From: Rhizobiaceae bacterium | GTDB taxonomy: Bacteria > Pseudomonadota > Alphaproteobacteria > Rhizobiales > Rhizobiaceae | DNA length: 64,000 nucleotides | Assembly: GCA_965204295.1 (NCBI GenBank) | Contig: OZ241973.1 | Coordinates: forward strand, 3,437,940-3,501,939 | Direction of reading: 5' to 3' | Part shown: one piece after another, positions 62,948 to 64,000 of the stretch | How positions within the stretch are numbered: position 1 is the first letter of the stretch | Layout of the letters: the number at the start of each line of letters is the position of its first letter | Translations under genes and position numbers: made by a program | Notes under the pieces: generated by a model | The model's database searches: none | What the model saw: only the letters and a program-made list of their open reading frames with translations | Told to the model about the DNA's origin: nothing

Positions 62948-64000
62948 TTATCGGGGCAGTGTGTCGTCCACGCCCGCGACATAGAAATTCATGCCAAGAA
63001 GCGCGCCGAGGTCGGCCTGTTCGCCTTCCTTGAGCCATTCCGATCCGTCCTGCTTCATGATCGGCCCGGTGAAGGGCTCCAATTCCCCGGAGGCGATCAT
63101 GGCAGTGGTTTCCTCGGCCAGAGCCTTCACGTCGTCCGGCATATTGGTGAATGGCGCCATGACGACATTGCCTTCGGCCAGACCATGCCAGACGTCATGC
63201 TGCTCCCAATCGCCGTCGATCACCGCTTTGACGCGCTCGACGTAATAGGGACCCCAATCGTCGATGATCGCGGTCAGTTGGGTTTCCCTGCCGAAGGCGA
63301 TCATGTCGGACGCCTGACCGAAAGCCTTGACGCCGCGTTCGGCCGCCACCTGCATCGGCGCCGTCGAATCGGTATGCTGCGTGACGATATCGACGCCCTG
63401 GTCGATCAGCGCCTTCGCGGCATCGGCTTCGCGGCCCGGATCGAACCAGGTGTTCGCCCAGACGACTTTCAGCTTGAAGTCGGGGTTGATCGACTGCGCG
63501 CCGAGAATGAACGAATTGATGCCACGCACCACTTCCGGGATCGGGAACGATGCAATGTAGCCGGCCACGCCCGTCGTCGACATTTTCGCCGCGATTTGGC
63601 CCTGGACGTAGCGGCCCTGATAGAATTTCGACGAGTAGGTCGAAACATTCTCATGTTCGCGCTTGTATCCCGTGGCGTGCTCGAATTTCACATCCTTGAA
63701 CTTGCCGGCGACCTTGTTGGTCGCATCCATGTAGCCGAATGAGGTCGTGAAGATAATGTTGCAGCCGGAGCGGGCAAAACGCTCCAGCGCACGCTCCGAA
63801 TCCGCGCCTTCCGGCACACTTTCCAGATACGCCGTTTCCACCGCGTCGCCAAATTCCTTTTCGACATCAAGACGGCCCCGATCATGCTGGTACGACCAGC
63901 CGAAATCGCCGATCGGACCGACATAGATAAAGCACGCCTTCGTCCTGGCTTCGACCGCCCCCGCCGCCATGGCGGCGATTGCCGCCGAAGCCAATAGTGT
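62948..64000 (-). CDS. BMP-family ABC transporter substrate-binding protein (PnrA-like), 5' end at or beyond the window edge
   Basis: IYVGPIGDFGWSYQHD ... YIASFPIPEVVRGINSF motifs of the Bmp/PnrA family. The ORF is open to the window end. Confidence 0.8.
   Translation of the reverse strand, partial: TLLASAAIAAMAAGAVEARTKACFIYVGPIGDFGWSYQHDRGRLDVEKEFGDAVETAYLESVPEGADSERALERFARSGCNIIFTTSFGYMDATNKVAGKFKDVKFEHATGYKREHENVSTYSSKFYQGRYVQGQIAAKMSTTGVAGYIASFPIPEVVRGINSFILGAQSINPDFKLKVVWANTWFDPGREADAAKALIDQGVDIVTQHTDSTAPMQVAAERGVKAFGQASDMIAFGRETQLTAIIDDWGPYYVERVKAVIDGDWEQHDVWHGLAEGNVVMAPFTNMPDDVKALAEETTAMIASGELEPFTGPIMKQDGSEWLKEGEQADLGALLGMNFYVAGVDDTLPR

Noticed and set aside
62803-62982. The 60-codon N-terminal extension of the DsbA ORF in the track (start 62982).
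   Set aside because: The extension has no signal-peptide character. The internal ATG at 62802 is followed immediately by a classical lipoprotein signal (…ALSGC) and preceded by a purine-rich SD-like GGGGA.

Overview
High-GC chromosomal window whose gene content looks alphaproteobacterial (Rhizobiales/Rhodobacterales type). Most of it is housekeeping. It starts with the 3' part of a type I restriction hsdR gene next to tRNA-Pro. Then come merR-ihfA-fabH-plsX-yceD, bamE, the H+-pyrophosphatase hppA, the nrdR-ribD-ribE-ribH-nusB operon, glyA, an L,D-transpeptidase with a MarR (LdtR-like) regulator, hemB, an SLC13 permease, bpt, parC, hsp20, rnd, ppx-ppk1, tuf and tRNA-Trp. Further on are a BacNav sodium channel, two CUT2-type sugar ABC transporters with a sugar-catabolic cluster and LacI regulator, an aminotransferase/BKACE pair, and a BMP-family binding protein at the right edge. 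No transposase, integrase or CRISPR array was seen. Five regions deserve a second look. (1) At 30.6-34.9 kb there is a tandem array of three Hint/bacterial-intein-like paralogs with divergent N-terminal modules and near-identical Hint modules. Each has a conserved sigma70-like promoter followed at about +1 by a 16-18 bp tandem repeat of very different copy number (2, 19, 11). A promoter-fused deletion remnant of the same unit lies next to tRNA-Trp at 41.4-41.8 kb. (2) At 60.4-62.8 kb a DUF560/Slam-like outer-membrane protein is preceded by a 115-codon ORF ending in a TbpB/fHbp-like beta-barrel motif. That ORF has no usable start codon and lies in frame, across a single TGA, with an upstream DsbA-family lipoprotein. 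(3) A gene-sized, strongly AT-rich orphan secreted-protein gene sits at 38962-39903. (4) A sugar-phosphate isomerase pseudogene carries an in-frame amber codon plus a GT-dinucleotide expansion. (5) About 200-bp direct repeats, one containing a 5' fragment of an SDR gene, flank one ABC operon. All calls come from reading the sequence and translations by eye. No database search or computation was run.
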